Of a DNA stretch of 58,269 bases, positions 15,384 to 25,096 are shown in pieces (position 1 is the first letter of the stretch; every line of letters begins with the position of its first letter). Source of the stretch: a virus. Lineage: Duplodnaviria; Caudoviricetes. The stretch is from positions 1 through 58,269 of IMG/VR virus record IMGVR_UViG_3300017728_000008; one strand, written 5' to 3'. The position numbers and the translations under genes were made by a program. Below the pieces are notes generated by a model. It worked only from the letters and a program-made list of their open reading frames with translations, was not told where the DNA came from and ran no database searches.

Positions 15384-15734
15384 ATGGAAACAAAAGTAAT
15401 AGTAACAGACGACAAATTTATTTGGTTGGACATTACTGATGTATTGTCAGTCCACCAAAAAAGAGAATCAAAAGAATCGGTATACTCCTCTTGGATGACG
15501 CACACTCTGTATGTTCTGTATGACGATGGAACCGAAGAGACAATAGAAAGTGTAGACGAAATAGATGAAGCCATTAACCTAAAGCTAAGAGTAGCAATCG
15601 AAGTTGGATACCTACCGAAGTACAACGGAACAAGCAAAGGTGTCTTCAAAGACACTTGGTTTCATAAGGCAGACAAAATTCTAAAGAACGGATATTGGTA
15701 TGCAAAGATAAACGATATAAAGTTTGGGAATTAA
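15384..15734 (+). CDS. hypothetical early protein (contains palindrome copy 6, 15640-15655)
   Basis: 116 aa; the palindrome is read as GVFKDT. Confidence 0.7.
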   Translation: METKVIVTDDKFIWLDITDVLSVHQKRESKESVYSSWMTHTLYVLYDDGTEETIESVDEIDEAINLKLRVAIEVGYLPKYNGTSKGVFKDTWFHKADKILKNGYWYAKINDIKFGN

Positions 15735-15754
15735 ATCTGAATGTACTATATTTG
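15723..15754 (+). promoter_or_regulatory. promoter TTTG-N20-TATATTTG
   Basis: Full Bacteroidota -33/-7 consensus. Confidence 0.7.
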
Positions 15755-15790
15755 TACAAGCAATGAACACTAATAATTAAATTTAATCTT

Positions 15791-15988
15791 ATGAAAAATC
15801 AATTCAACGAAATCTTACCTGCACAAAACGTGCAGGTTTCCACAGGCGAAACTCCCCGCATAGTTGCGTGGTGTGTTGAGGTTAAGTGGGACGACAATTC
15901 AACAGAGAAGTTAGCGGACGTGCCTACTTATGTAAGTAGAAACATAGACGCATGGCTTGATGAGGTTGAGGAATCTAACAAAGAATAG
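15791..15988 (+). CDS. hypothetical protein
   Basis: 65 aa downstream of the promoter. Confidence 0.65.
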   Translation: MKNQFNEILPAQNVQVSTGETPRIVAWCVEVKWDDNSTEKLADVPTYVSRNIDAWLDEVEESNKE

Positions 15989-15990
15989 TT

Positions 15991-16245
15991 ATGGCAACAC
16001 TAATCAAAGCAAGTGGTCAACACGTTGGCGACTTTAAATCTGAAACCTTAGAGCAAATGCAACAGGCAGTAGGAGGATACATTGAACCGGTCTACACAAA
16101 CAACAAGGTAGTTATAGTAGACGAACAAGGTTTGTTAAAAAATTTACCTTTAAACATTGAGGTCTCTGCAATGGTAGGGAAGATGATAGTAGGAGATGCT
16201 ATTGTCTTTACCCCAAAAGAATGGAGAGACCGCAACAAAATTTAA
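15991..16245 (+). CDS. DUF3846-like protein
   Basis: LEQMQQAVGGYIEPV...IVDEQGLLKNLPLN...IVGDAIV. Confidence 0.75.
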   Translation: MATLIKASGQHVGDFKSETLEQMQQAVGGYIEPVYTNNKVVIVDEQGLLKNLPLNIEVSAMVGKMIVGDAIVFTPKEWRDRNKI

Positions 16246-16249
16246 TCTT

Positions 16250-16618
16250 ATGAAATCAATATATTTAAAAGAGGCATCAGCCGAAAAACTCAGACCAACA
16301 CACGAAAAAGGATACATCCAAAGGATGCAAAATCTTGCGGAGAAAGACGAACCTTTTACACTTGCAGTTTTCCAAAACACCGGACGAATTATGACCCGTT
16401 TTGATTATGAGAAAGACCAAGGAAATTTTTGTGGTCACGAACTACAAGAAGACACCAAGTCAATTATTCTTTACATCAATTGCACAATCATAGAGTGTAA
16501 CTTTGATGGGATATGGACTCTACAATTAGGTAGTGATTTATTTTCAAGTGCAGACGTAGTTGCTATGGAAATAAAATTACACAAGTGGTTGTCTAAAGAA
16601 TTAAAAGTACAGAACTAA
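16250..16618 (+). CDS. hypothetical protein (start revised to MKSIYL)
   Basis: ATG 4 nt after the upstream stop. Confidence 0.6.
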   Translation: MKSIYLKEASAEKLRPTHEKGYIQRMQNLAEKDEPFTLAVFQNTGRIMTRFDYEKDQGNFCGHELQEDTKSIILYINCTIIECNFDGIWTLQLGSDLFSSADVVAMEIKLHKWLSKELKVQN

Positions 16619-16935
16619 TGGAAACATCTGAACTTATAACAGATGAGGCAAGAAAAATAGTATTGCTTCTTCTTGAAAAAAACAAATCTTATGGAGACAC
16701 CGCAAACAATCCACCTAAAATATTTAGTAAGTTAGATGCGGTCGAGGGGTTGTGTGCAAGAATAGACGACAAACTTTCTCGTATACAGAACAAAGGAATA
16801 ACCGATTTAACTGAGGATACGATATCTGATTTAATTGGATATCTAATTCTTCTTAAAGTACAGAAGCGTAAGCAAGACGACTTAATAAGAGACAAACTTA
16901 TTGCCAAGAAAAACGCAGTAAAATTTGGACAATAA
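16618..16935 (+). CDS. DUF1599 / nucleotide-modification-associated domain 1 (MazG-like all-alpha)
   Basis: LLEKNKSYGD...ARIDDKLSRI...EDTISDLIGYLIL. Confidence 0.75.
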   Translation: METSELITDEARKIVLLLLEKNKSYGDTANNPPKIFSKLDAVEGLCARIDDKLSRIQNKGITDLTEDTISDLIGYLILLKVQKRKQDDLIRDKLIAKKNAVKFGQ

Positions 16936-16974
16936 ATAAACATTGATTATATTTACTCATCAAAATCTAATAAA

Positions 16975-17145
16975 ATGAATTACGAAAACGACAGGTCTAA
17001 TGACCATATTGACGATGAATACAGATACGAAAGTTGGATGCGTCAATTAAACAAGAAAAGCAAAAACACAAAATCAAACTCAGCCAAAAAGGAACTCGAT
17101 GATTTATTTGAAACTTTCGGGAGAATCTTTGGCAACTTAAATTAA
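16975..17145 (+). CDS. hypothetical protein (56 aa)
   Basis: Translated by hand: MNYENDRSNDHIDDEYRYESWMRQL...FGRIFGNLN; fills the gap. Confidence 0.55.
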   Translation: MNYENDRSNDHIDDEYRYESWMRQLNKKSKNTKSNSAKKELDDLFETFGRIFGNLN

Positions 17146-17150
17146 AACAA

Positions 17151-17438
17151 ATGAAAAACTTAGCATTCGATGGGTACGTCAGTAAGGTTTGTGACGTATT
17201 CGATATAACTAAAAAAGAATTATTTACCAAATCAAAACGAAGAGACATTGTAGACGCAAGGCATCTATTATATTTTTTATGTTTTAAAAGACCAATGCAA
17301 ATTCGATACATCCAAGAATATATGGGTAACAAAGGATATAAGGTTGGGCATTCTTCAATCATTCACGGAATCGAACAAGTGGAAGGCAAGATAACAACAG
17401 ACAATGACTATGAACGTGTATTTCAACAACTTGCATAA
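17151..17438 (+). CDS. DnaA C-terminal (domain IV) HTH-like protein
   Basis: VCDVFDITKKELFTKSKRRDIVDARHLLYFLC...HSSIIHG. Confidence 0.8.
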   Translation: MKNLAFDGYVSKVCDVFDITKKELFTKSKRRDIVDARHLLYFLCFKRPMQIRYIQEYMGNKGYKVGHSSIIHGIEQVEGKITTDNDYERVFQQLA

Positions 17439-17877
17439 TTATTATTGTCATCAGGACGTTATGGAACAAGCTATGGCAGATGAATATGCAGTAGACATTG
17501 GAGGTAACGGATATCAGGCAAGAATATTATATGGGTGCAAGATATCAATGGATGATGAAACGCAAGAAGTTACAATACAAAATACATCAAGAGGAGGAGA
17601 GTGGTACAAGCCGGTCTCTTATGAGGAGGAGGAAGTTTTTTTAAATAAAGGTTGGAGAATTGGAGTATATGAATTATCTTTGTCTAACTATCGTATAAAA
17701 CTTGATAGGATAGAGCAGAGCATAAAGAGTGAAGTTAACGGCAGAAAAAACCCGAAACAAATTCAGTCTTTAAAAAATTCAAGAGAAAACATCTTGAATC
17801 GTTATAGTAAAATTAAATCTAAATTAAATCAAATATCAAATTATGACAAAGTTAAAAACCGTAAACATCAAAGGTAA
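17404..17877 (+). CDS. hypothetical protein (start uncertain)
   Basis: 157-aa ORF with coiled-coil C-terminus. Confidence 0.6.
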   Translation: MTMNVYFNNLHNYYCHQDVMEQAMADEYAVDIGGNGYQARILYGCKISMDDETQEVTIQNTSRGGEWYKPVSYEEEEVFLNKGWRIGVYELSLSNYRIKLDRIEQSIKSEVNGRKNPKQIQSLKNSRENILNRYSKIKSKLNQISNYDKVKNRKHQR

Positions 17878-18385
17878 AGAGTATGTTGAAGTAAATGAGA
17901 GACTTATTTATTTCAGAAAAAACTTTCCAAACTATTCACTAACATCAGAGGTGTTAGAGAAGACAGACAAATCAATACTAATCCTTGCTACTATTTCAAA
18001 CGATGAAGGTAAAGTAATCGCAACAGGAATGGCAGAAGAAGTTAAAGGTAGCACGTTTATCAATAAGACATCTTATGTAGAGAACTGCGAGACATCTGCG
18101 TGGGGTAGAGCATTGGCTAATTTCGGTATTGGTCTTGACACGTCAGTTGCCTCAGCAGATGAAGTCAAAAACGCAGTAGCTAATCAAAGCAATGCAGGTC
18201 AGACAGAAAAACCTGCTAAAGTTTTATTAGAGTTAGGCACTACTAATTGGGTAAAGGCTAAGAAATGGATAGAAGCCAACAAAAATAAAGGCGAAGCATC
18301 TATATTGAAAACTTTAAAGATTAGGTACCAAGTGGATGACACAATAGTTAAAGAGGTCTCAGTCATTTGTAAAAAAAAGAAATAA
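17843..18385 (+). CDS. putative single-strand annealing protein (Rad52/Sak-like)
   Basis: IKGKEYVEVNERL...ATGMAEE...VENCETSAWGRALANFGIG; next to the exonuclease and SSB. Confidence 0.65.
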   Translation: MTKLKTVNIKGKEYVEVNERLIYFRKNFPNYSLTSEVLEKTDKSILILATISNDEGKVIATGMAEEVKGSTFINKTSYVENCETSAWGRALANFGIGLDTSVASADEVKNAVANQSNAGQTEKPAKVLLELGTTNWVKAKKWIEANKNKGEASILKTLKIRYQVDDTIVKEVSVICKKKK

Positions 18386-18386
18386 G

Positions 18387-19139
18387 ATGACAAACGAGAT
18401 ACTTGAAAAACTAAAAGACGACAACGAATATTATAATGGTGTCGGACGAAAGTACCTATCGAACTCAGACATAGGTAGCTTATTAAAAAACCCAAAAGAA
18501 TTTGGTGTAAAGAGAGACGACACTCCTGTATTTGCTATGGGAAGATACTTTCATCAATTGTTTCTTGAACCGGACAAAGCAAAGGAATGGGACTTTGTAG
18601 ATGTTTCTTCCCGCAACACCAAGAAATATAAAGAATATGTTGCAGAGTTACAGGCAGATAGTAAAAGACCAAGAGACTTTGCTTTATTGCTAAAAGAAAA
18701 ACGCAATGTAGAATATTGGGTGGAAGCAATGAAAACTAACATAGACTTTTTTGACCGAATATATGCAGACACAAATAGATTTGAAGTTCCGGAAGTAATG
18801 GAACTTGAAGGCGAAATGTGGAAAGGTAAAGCTGATATAGTTGGAGAAGATTATGTATATGATTTAAAAACGACAGGAAACATTAACGACTTTCGTTGGA
18901 ACTTTCGTAAGTATAATTACGATAGTCAAGCATATATATATTCACAATTATTCAGCCGACCTATGATGTTTCTTGTTATAGATAAGACAAGTTATATGAT
19001 GGGTGCCTATACTGTATCTCCTGAATCATTAGAACGAGGCAGACAAAAGGTAGAAAAAGCAGTTGAAGTGTACCGAACATTCTTCGGAGACAATCCGCAA
19101 GAGGATATTAATCAATATTATTTCAATGAAGAGATTTAA
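18387..19139 (+). CDS. RecE/exonuclease VIII-like PD-(D/E)xK nuclease
   Basis: LSNSDI, GRYFH, KGKADIV, VYDLKTT, YDSQAYIY. Confidence 0.85.
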   Translation: MTNEILEKLKDDNEYYNGVGRKYLSNSDIGSLLKNPKEFGVKRDDTPVFAMGRYFHQLFLEPDKAKEWDFVDVSSRNTKKYKEYVAELQADSKRPRDFALLLKEKRNVEYWVEAMKTNIDFFDRIYADTNRFEVPEVMELEGEMWKGKADIVGEDYVYDLKTTGNINDFRWNFRKYNYDSQAYIYSQLFSRPMMFLVIDKTSYMMGAYTVSPESLERGRQKVEKAVEVYRTFFGDNPQEDINQYYFNEEI

Positions 19140-19290
19140 AAAATGGATAGTGTCTTTGAAGACACGTATATTTAACCCTAAACGTATTCACATAGTTGAA
19201 GTTCCAATGGCTTGTGAATCTCGTGCAGAAAAAAGAGTAATCATTTCTGCGACCAAAAAAATATTGGAGCAAATAATAATAATAAATTAA
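19126..19290 (+). CDS. small hypothetical protein (contains palindrome copy 7, 19150-19165)
   Basis: Start revised to MKRFKKW; the palindrome is read as VSLKT. Confidence 0.5.
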   Translation: MKRFKKWIVSLKTRIFNPKRIHIVEVPMACESRAEKRVIISATKKILEQIIIIN

Positions 19291-19292
19291 TT

Positions 19293-19562
19293 ATGGCAGA
19301 TAATAATGCACAAACAGACAAAATCTTTGCAGACGGCTTTTCATTTAAAAAGCAAGAAAACTCTCCCGACTTTGTAGTTGGTAGAGTATCAGTAAAGTGT
19401 GATGAAGCAGTTTCATTTATGAAAACGCATCAGAAGAATGGTTGGATAAACCTAAACATCAAATACGCTAAGAGCGGTAATCCTTACATGGAACTTGATA
19501 CATGGGAGCCTCCCAAAAAACAAGAGGCAGTAGCAGAAGAAGGAGACGGACTACCCTTTTAA
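19293..19562 (+). CDS. putative single-stranded DNA-binding protein
   Basis: Small beta-rich protein with acidic tail ending DGLPF. Confidence 0.65.
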   Translation: MADNNAQTDKIFADGFSFKKQENSPDFVVGRVSVKCDEAVSFMKTHQKNGWINLNIKYAKSGNPYMELDTWEPPKKQEAVAEEGDGLPF

Positions 19563-19580
19563 TTTGTTGTACGAAATTAT

Positions 19581-19609
19581 AGGGGGGACTATAATCCTCC
19601 CTTTTTTTT
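19581..19609 (+). terminator. intrinsic terminator
   Basis: AGGGGGGA-CTATAA-TCCTCCCT followed by a T run. Confidence 0.8.
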
Positions 19610-19775
19610 GTGCCATAGAATGCTGAGTTATTTTCCTTATATATATTATTATTGTTTTATTTTATTTTATTATTTTTTTTAATACAAGAGTAAAAAGTTA
19701 ACATAGTAAGCAACAGGCTGATAATCAACAAGAAAGAAAGCACAAACCAAGCACAATACAAACACAAACATTAGA
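19610..19775. other. AT-rich origin-like region upstream of the primase-helicase
   Basis: Long A/T tract, AAAGTTAACAT, TGATAATCAA, AAGCA/AAGCAC repeats. Confidence 0.45.
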
Positions 19776-19778
19776 ATT

Positions 19779-22193
19779 ATGACATCGACAATAACAATTT
19801 TTAGAAACATAAAAGAGACTGATACTCCTTTTCACAGAGGGGTGGAGCATATTATAGAAAGAATAAAGAATGGAGCAAGTAAAGAGTTAGTTAAAAGAAT
19901 AAGATTAGAGCAGAAGAAGGCAGAGAGAAATGAGTTAAAGAAAAAACTTCCCGCTATATGTTTTTCAGGAAAGTTTATAAAAAGAAACGACTCTTCAATT
20001 CAGGAACATTCGGGGTTAATATGTTTAGACTTTGATGGTTACGAAAAGAACAAGGAACTATTACAAGACAAAGAAAACATTACCAAGTCTCCATATACTT
20101 ATTCTGTATTTATCTCACCAAGCGGGAAAGGATTAAAAGTTTTAGTTAAGATACCACAGGACATAGACAATCACGTAAATTATTTTAATAGTTTACAGAA
20201 TCATTTTAATAACGATAAGTTTGATGTGACTTGTAAAAACCTTTCACGTGTATGCTACGAAAGTTATGACCCACTAATTTACCACAACGAAAACTCATCA
20301 GTATGGGATAAAATAGAGGAGAAAGAATACACAGAAAAACATCAATACAGAGACGCACACACTATACCAATCACAGATGAAAACAGAATTGTAGAAATAC
20401 TTTCAGTATGGTGGCAGAAAAAATACCCAATGAATGAAGGACAGAGAAATCACAACTGCTACGTTCTTGCATCTGCGTTCAATGATTTTGGAATAAATAA
20501 ATCTTTAGCAGGTTATATCTTGTCTAACTATCAAACATCTGATTTTAATGAGGCAGAGATTAACAGGACTATAAATAGTGCTTACTCAAACACTCAAAAC
20601 TTTGGGACTAAGTATTATGAAGATGAAGACCGACTGAACAATTTAAAAATAAAACTTAAAAGAGGCACATCAAAAAAAGAAATCCGCTCCCAATTAGCAG
20701 AGACAGATATGGAGAGCGAGGTAATAGATGCCGTTCTCACTCGTATAGATGAAGAAGCACAGGAGACTCAGTTTTGGACTAAGAATGAAAAGGGAACGAT
20801 TAAAATAATCCACGTTCTTTTTAAACAATTTTTAGAAGACAACGGCTTTTACAAATACTGCCCGGAAGGAGGAAAGAATTATGTCTTTGTAAAAGTAACT
20901 AACAACTTGATAGACCACACGGATGAGAAATCTATTAAAGATTTTATTTTAAATTATCTTCTTGAATTAGACGACTTAAGTATTTACAATTACTTTGCCG
21001 ACCAAACAAGATTTTTTAGAGAAGAATTTTTGACCCTATTATCTACCATCGACATATACTTTATTGAAGACAATAAAGACACATCTTACTTATACTTTAG
21101 AAACTGTGCAGTCAAGGTAACTAAAAAGGAAATAACAATAATAGACTACATTGATTTAGGTGGGTATGTGTGGAAAGACCACGTTATAAATAGAAATTTT
21201 ACCACTTGCAATGATGACACAGACTACAAAGTATTTATCTTTAACATATGTAAAGGCGAGGAAGACCGAAAACTTTCTATGGAAAGTACAATCGGTTTTA
21301 TGATGCATGGTCATAAAAATTTATCTTACTGCCCGGCAGTAATTTTAAATGATGAAGTTATATCCGACAATCCTGAAGGAGGTACAGGCAAGGGAATATT
21401 TATGAATGCATTGAGCCAAATGAAAAAAGTGGTCACCATTGATGGTAAGGCATTTGCTTTTGAAAGAAGTTTTGCTTATCAACTTGTTTCTGCCGACACG
21501 CAGATACTTGTATTTGATGATGTAAAAAAACATTTTGATTTTGAAAGACTATTTAGTGTTGTAACAGAAGGTATGACGCTCGAAAAGAAAAACAAAGATG
21601 CAATTAAAATACCCTTTAGCAAATCACCTAAGATAGCCATCACTACTAATTATGCAATAAAAGGAAGTGGTAATTCTTTTGCGAGGAGAAAATGGGAACT
21701 TGAACTACACCAACACTACAACAAAAACAATACACCTTTAGACGAGTTTAATAAATTATTCTTTGGAGATTGGAATGATGATGAGTGGTGTGCGTTTGAC
21801 AACTATATGATTAACTGCCTACAAGGATATCTCAACACAGGATTAGTACAAAGTAAATTTGTTAATCTTAAAAAGAGGCAACTATCTGCAGAAACTTGTC
21901 ACGACTTTATTGAATGGTGTGGTCTCTTAAATGGAAGTGAGGCTAACTTAAACCTTAGAGTAGATACTAAAATTAATCTACAATCTTGCTACATAGATTT
22001 CATAGAACATTATCCGGATTACGGACCGAAGGCTAAGTTAACTATAAGCAGAATAAGGTTTAACAAATGGATGGTAGCTTTTGCTATATTTAAAACAGGA
22101 GTATCACCCGAGCAGGGTAGAGACTCTGCGGGAAAATGGATGAGGATGTTAAGGAACGATGAGATTAACCCACAAGCAAGATTAAATGTCTGA
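19779..22193 (+). CDS. primase-helicase (BT4734/VirE-N prim-pol, PriCT, P-loop helicase)
   Basis: LKKKLPAICFSG, SGLICLDFD, FISPSGKGLKV, EGQRNH, Walker A GGTGKG, Walker B ILVFDD, ITTN. Confidence 0.85.
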   Translation: MTSTITIFRNIKETDTPFHRGVEHIIERIKNGASKELVKRIRLEQKKAERNELKKKLPAICFSGKFIKRNDSSIQEHSGLICLDFDGYEKNKELLQDKENITKSPYTYSVFISPSGKGLKVLVKIPQDIDNHVNYFNSLQNHFNNDKFDVTCKNLSRVCYESYDPLIYHNENSSVWDKIEEKEYTEKHQYRDAHTIPITDENRIVEILSVWWQKKYPMNEGQRNHNCYVLASAFNDFGINKSLAGYILSNYQTSDFNEAEINRTINSAYSNTQNFGTKYYEDEDRLNNLKIKLKRGTSKKEIRSQLAETDMESEVIDAVLTRIDEEAQETQFWTKNEKGTIKIIHVLFKQFLEDNGFYKYCPEGGKNYVFVKVTNNLIDHTDEKSIKDFILNYLLELDDLSIYNYFADQTRFFREEFLTLLSTIDIYFIEDNKDTSYLYFRNCAVKVTKKEITIIDYIDLGGYVWKDHVINRNFTTCNDDTDYKVFIFNICKGEEDRKLSMESTIGFMMHGHKNLSYCPAVILNDEVISDNPEGGTGKGIFMNALSQMKKVVTIDGKAFAFERSFAYQLVSADTQILVFDDVKKHFDFERLFSVVTEGMTLEKKNKDAIKIPFSKSPKIAITTNYAIKGSGNSFARRKWELELHQHYNKNNTPLDEFNKLFFGDWNDDEWCAFDNYMINCLQGYLNTGLVQSKFVNLKKRQLSAETCHDFIEWCGLLNGSEANLNLRVDTKINLQSCYIDFIEHYPDYGPKAKLTISRIRFNKWMVAFAIFKTGVSPEQGRDSAGKWMRMLRNDEINPQARLNV

Positions 22194-22428
22194 CTTAAAC
22201 CGAGCAATGATTAACACATTAAATGTCTTCAACGGTCATACGACTGTTGAGGCATTAATTATTGCAGAGGAAGGTTGGTTCGTTTATAATCCCGAAAAAA
22301 AAGTTACTTTAAAAACTCTTGAAAGTATGTTGCAATATTTTCAGGATGTTGAGGATTACAAAAGATGCGAACAAGTATTAAAACTTATACAAGATGGTAA
22401 AATTATTGGAAAAGACTTCAGGCTATAA
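22186..22428 (+). CDS. hypothetical protein
   Basis: 80 aa; YFQDVEDYKRC UVR-like tail. Confidence 0.6.
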   Translation: MSDLNRAMINTLNVFNGHTTVEALIIAEEGWFVYNPEKKVTLKTLESMLQYFQDVEDYKRCEQVLKLIQDGKIIGKDFRL

Positions 22429-22639
22429 TGATTGCGAGTATCTTAAACAACTTGACGTACTTAAAAATGTAATGTTCAGAACTCAATCTATTAAAACAGG
22501 CAGGGGGAAAAAAGCTAAGTACCACGAGGAATACATATATAATTCAGAAGGAGACAATGAAGTAAGAGAAACAATTTTAAATTCAATCAAACACTACAAA
22601 GAACAATGTTTAAATTCCGAGAATACCAAACAGATATAA
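22394..22639 (+). CDS. hypothetical protein
   Basis: 81-aa ORF in operon. Confidence 0.5.
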   Translation: MVKLLEKTSGYNDCEYLKQLDVLKNVMFRTQSIKTGRGKKAKYHEEYIYNSEGDNEVRETILNSIKHYKEQCLNSENTKQI

Positions 22640-23850
22640 TTGACCAAGCGACAAAAATTTGTAACACACACAGATTTGTTTACCTCACAATGGAGGTAAG
22701 AACAGGAAAGACCTTAACAAGTTTAGGCATAGCAGATAAACTAAAGTGTTCCAATGTTTTGTTTGTAACCAAAAAGAAAGCCATTAGTTCTATTGACTTT
22801 GATTATAAATTACTTAACCCCTCTTTTAAAATTACAATTATTAACTATGAATCTTTGCACAAGGTAGATAGCAAACCAAGTAATAGATTTGATTTTATTG
22901 TGGTTGATGAAGCACATTCTCTTGGTGCATTTCCCAAACCAAGCAAAAGAGCAAAAGATATTAAAACCTTTATTCAAAAAAATAACAATCCCTTTGTTTG
23001 TTTGATGTCGGGAACACCAACACCTGAAAGTTACAGTCAAATGTTTCATCAGGTGTATGGTATTCCTACTAACCCTTTTAAAAAATTTGTTAGCTTCTAT
23101 AAATTTGCACGTCAGTATGTTAATGTTACTCAACGTGTTATAAATTCAATGTACATCAACGACTACTCCAAAGGATTGATTTCTATTTTAGATGAAATGA
23201 AACCTTACACTATTAGCTTTACACAGAAAGAAGCGGGATTCATAAATACCATAGACGAAGAAATAATTATAGTAGAGATGAAGCCAACAACTTATAATGT
23301 TGCTAATAAACTTTCTAAAGACAAAGTAGTAGAAGGCGAGACGCATCTTGTTATGGCGGACACTCCTGCTAAGATGATGCAAAAGCTACACCAAATATAT
23401 TCAGGAACTATTATTTCCGAAAGCGGTACTGCTATTACAATAGATGATTCAAAAGCTACTTACATAAAACAAAAATTTAAAAACAAAAAGATAGCTATCT
23501 TTTATAAATTTAAACAAGAATATAAACTATTAAAAAGTGTCTTTGAAGACACCGTTTGTAACACCATCGAAGAGTTCAGTAACACAGACAAAAGTATTGC
23601 ATTACAAATTGTAAGCGGTCGGGAAGGAATAAGTTTAAAAGAAGCCGAGGCTATTGTTTATTTTAACATAGATTTTTCTGCCACTTCATATTGGCAAAGC
23701 CGTGATAGAATGACAACTAAAGACCGAAGGCATAGCAAGGTTTATTGGGTCTTTGCGAAGAAAGGTATCGAAAAAGAAATATATAAAACCGTCATTAGAA
23801 AAAAGGATTATACGGTAAGACACTTCAAAAGAGATTTATTAACTTTGTAA
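22606..23850 (+). CDS. superfamily 2 (SNF2-like) helicase (contains palindrome copy 8, 23537-23552)
   Basis: FREYQ, VRTGKT, VDEAH, MSGTP, GREGISL, QSRDR. Confidence 0.88.
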   Translation: MFKFREYQTDIIDQATKICNTHRFVYLTMEVRTGKTLTSLGIADKLKCSNVLFVTKKKAISSIDFDYKLLNPSFKITIINYESLHKVDSKPSNRFDFIVVDEAHSLGAFPKPSKRAKDIKTFIQKNNNPFVCLMSGTPTPESYSQMFHQVYGIPTNPFKKFVSFYKFARQYVNVTQRVINSMYINDYSKGLISILDEMKPYTISFTQKEAGFINTIDEEIIIVEMKPTTYNVANKLSKDKVVEGETHLVMADTPAKMMQKLHQIYSGTIISESGTAITIDDSKATYIKQKFKNKKIAIFYKFKQEYKLLKSVFEDTVCNTIEEFSNTDKSIALQIVSGREGISLKEAEAIVYFNIDFSATSYWQSRDRMTTKDRRHSKVYWVFAKKGIEKEIYKTVIRKKDYTVRHFKRDLLTL

Positions 23851-23851
23851 A

Positions 23852-24067
23852 ATGAGGTTTCTAAAGTTCTTGCTTGTTTGGATAAGTCAAAATTTAGCTA
23901 TACCTTTTTGGATTGTGGGACATATACATTTGTCTGTACATAGTTTTCACGACCTCTACGAGTTGCTCTGTTCTGTAGGAATGAATTTAATTGTAGCCGT
24001 AGGATTTATAATCGACTACAATAATGACGGAACAAGAGATACAAAAGAAAAGAATAATACAACTTGA
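23852..24067 (+). CDS. small membrane protein
   Basis: Two hydrophobic segments. Confidence 0.55.
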   Translation: MRFLKFLLVWISQNLAIPFWIVGHIHLSVHSFHDLYELLCSVGMNLIVAVGFIIDYNNDGTRDTKEKNNTT

Positions 24068-24263
24068 AAGTGAAGGTTATTATGTGATAAAACTCATCAA
24101 CACAAACAAGAATGGTATCCCTGATTTGATTGCGATACCTCCTAACTCTAATGTTTTGTTTAGTGAGATTAAAAAACCCAACGGAAAAGTTTCTAAGCTA
24201 CAAGAGTTTAGATTAAAAGAATTAAAAAACCATGGGTGTAAAACAGAGATTTTTAGAGGCTGA
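24024..24263 (+). CDS. VRR-NUC family nuclease
   Basis: EQEIQKK...GIPDLIA...FSEIKKPNGKVSKLQ. Confidence 0.85.
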   Translation: MTEQEIQKKRIIQLESEGYYVIKLINTNKNGIPDLIAIPPNSNVLFSEIKKPNGKVSKLQEFRLKELKNHGCKTEIFRG

Positions 24264-24600
24264 CCTTTACTATGAAGTAGATGATTTTTTTGTAAGTAAA
24301 CTAAAAGATTTTCCAAGAAACGTAGGAATAGATATAGCCTCACAGGTAAATGTGTCGTACGAAGACCTACCCACAAGGTCCGGATGGACCCAAACAATAG
24401 GTGGGGTGTGTAACGAAACAAACCCTGCTCTGTTTTTTGAAGTAGAGTATTTGAATCAAGACGAGGAGCCTCCTTTGTTCCTTGATGTAAACCCAATTGA
24501 CTCGGATGATTATCTTGATTACATCCTTGAAAAAAATATATTAAAATCAAAATCAAATGCAAAAAGCCAAACAACTACAAACAAAAGAAGTTTTAGCTAA
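24232..24600 (+). CDS. hypothetical acidic protein
   Basis: 122-aa ORF in operon. Confidence 0.55.
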   Translation: MGVKQRFLEADLYYEVDDFFVSKLKDFPRNVGIDIASQVNVSYEDLPTRSGWTQTIGGVCNETNPALFFEVEYLNQDEEPPLFLDVNPIDSDDYLDYILEKNILKSKSNAKSQTTTNKRSFS

Positions 24601-25078
24601 CATAATAAACCAAACCTTTGACATCAGCATTTCTTCACAATCAAGAAAAAGAGAGCATGTTCAAGGGAGAATGATATATTATAAAATACTTAGAGACTTG
24701 GGGTACGGACTATCATACATTGCAAAAAGCATTGATAAAAACCACGCAACTGTTATACACGGACTAAAACAATTTCAAGATTTATGGGAGGTGGAACCTG
24801 AAGTTAGGTTTGAATACAACTTAATTAGAGACTTGTTCTTTAACCTTGATGTACAGAACACAGAAGATGTATTAAAAAAATCTGCAATCTTTAAACACCT
24901 AAAGTCTTTGGAAAATCAAAATAAAAGTTTAACTTTGGAAGTACAAGCGTTGAAGAATAGTCTAAAAAAAGTACATAGATACAATGATTTAATAGACCTT
25001 CTAAACCAACGCACCTTAAGCAAAGAACAATTAGACAGGACAAGAATTAGATTAAATGCATTTTTAAATGGTCTATAA
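24557..25078 (+). CDS. second DnaA-domain-IV-like protein with a coiled coil
   Basis: SRKREHVQGRMIYYKILR...LSYIAKSIDKNHATVIHG. Confidence 0.75.
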   Translation: MQKAKQLQTKEVLANIINQTFDISISSQSRKREHVQGRMIYYKILRDLGYGLSYIAKSIDKNHATVIHGLKQFQDLWEVEPEVRFEYNLIRDLFFNLDVQNTEDVLKKSAIFKHLKSLENQNKSLTLEVQALKNSLKKVHRYNDLIDLLNQRTLSKEQLDRTRIRLNAFLNGL

Positions 25079-25096
25079 AAAACATATAATAAATTA

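Noticed and set aside
10562-15655. Clustered palindromes as a CRISPR array
   Set aside because: Copies are about 0.9-1.2 kb apart with whole genes between them; no spacer-sized intervals and no cas genes
12456-15655. Antisense ORFs sharing the peptide MVSLKTP (12456-12665, 14608-14811, 15377-15655)
   Set aside because: The shared peptide is just the translated palindrome; these are shadow ORFs
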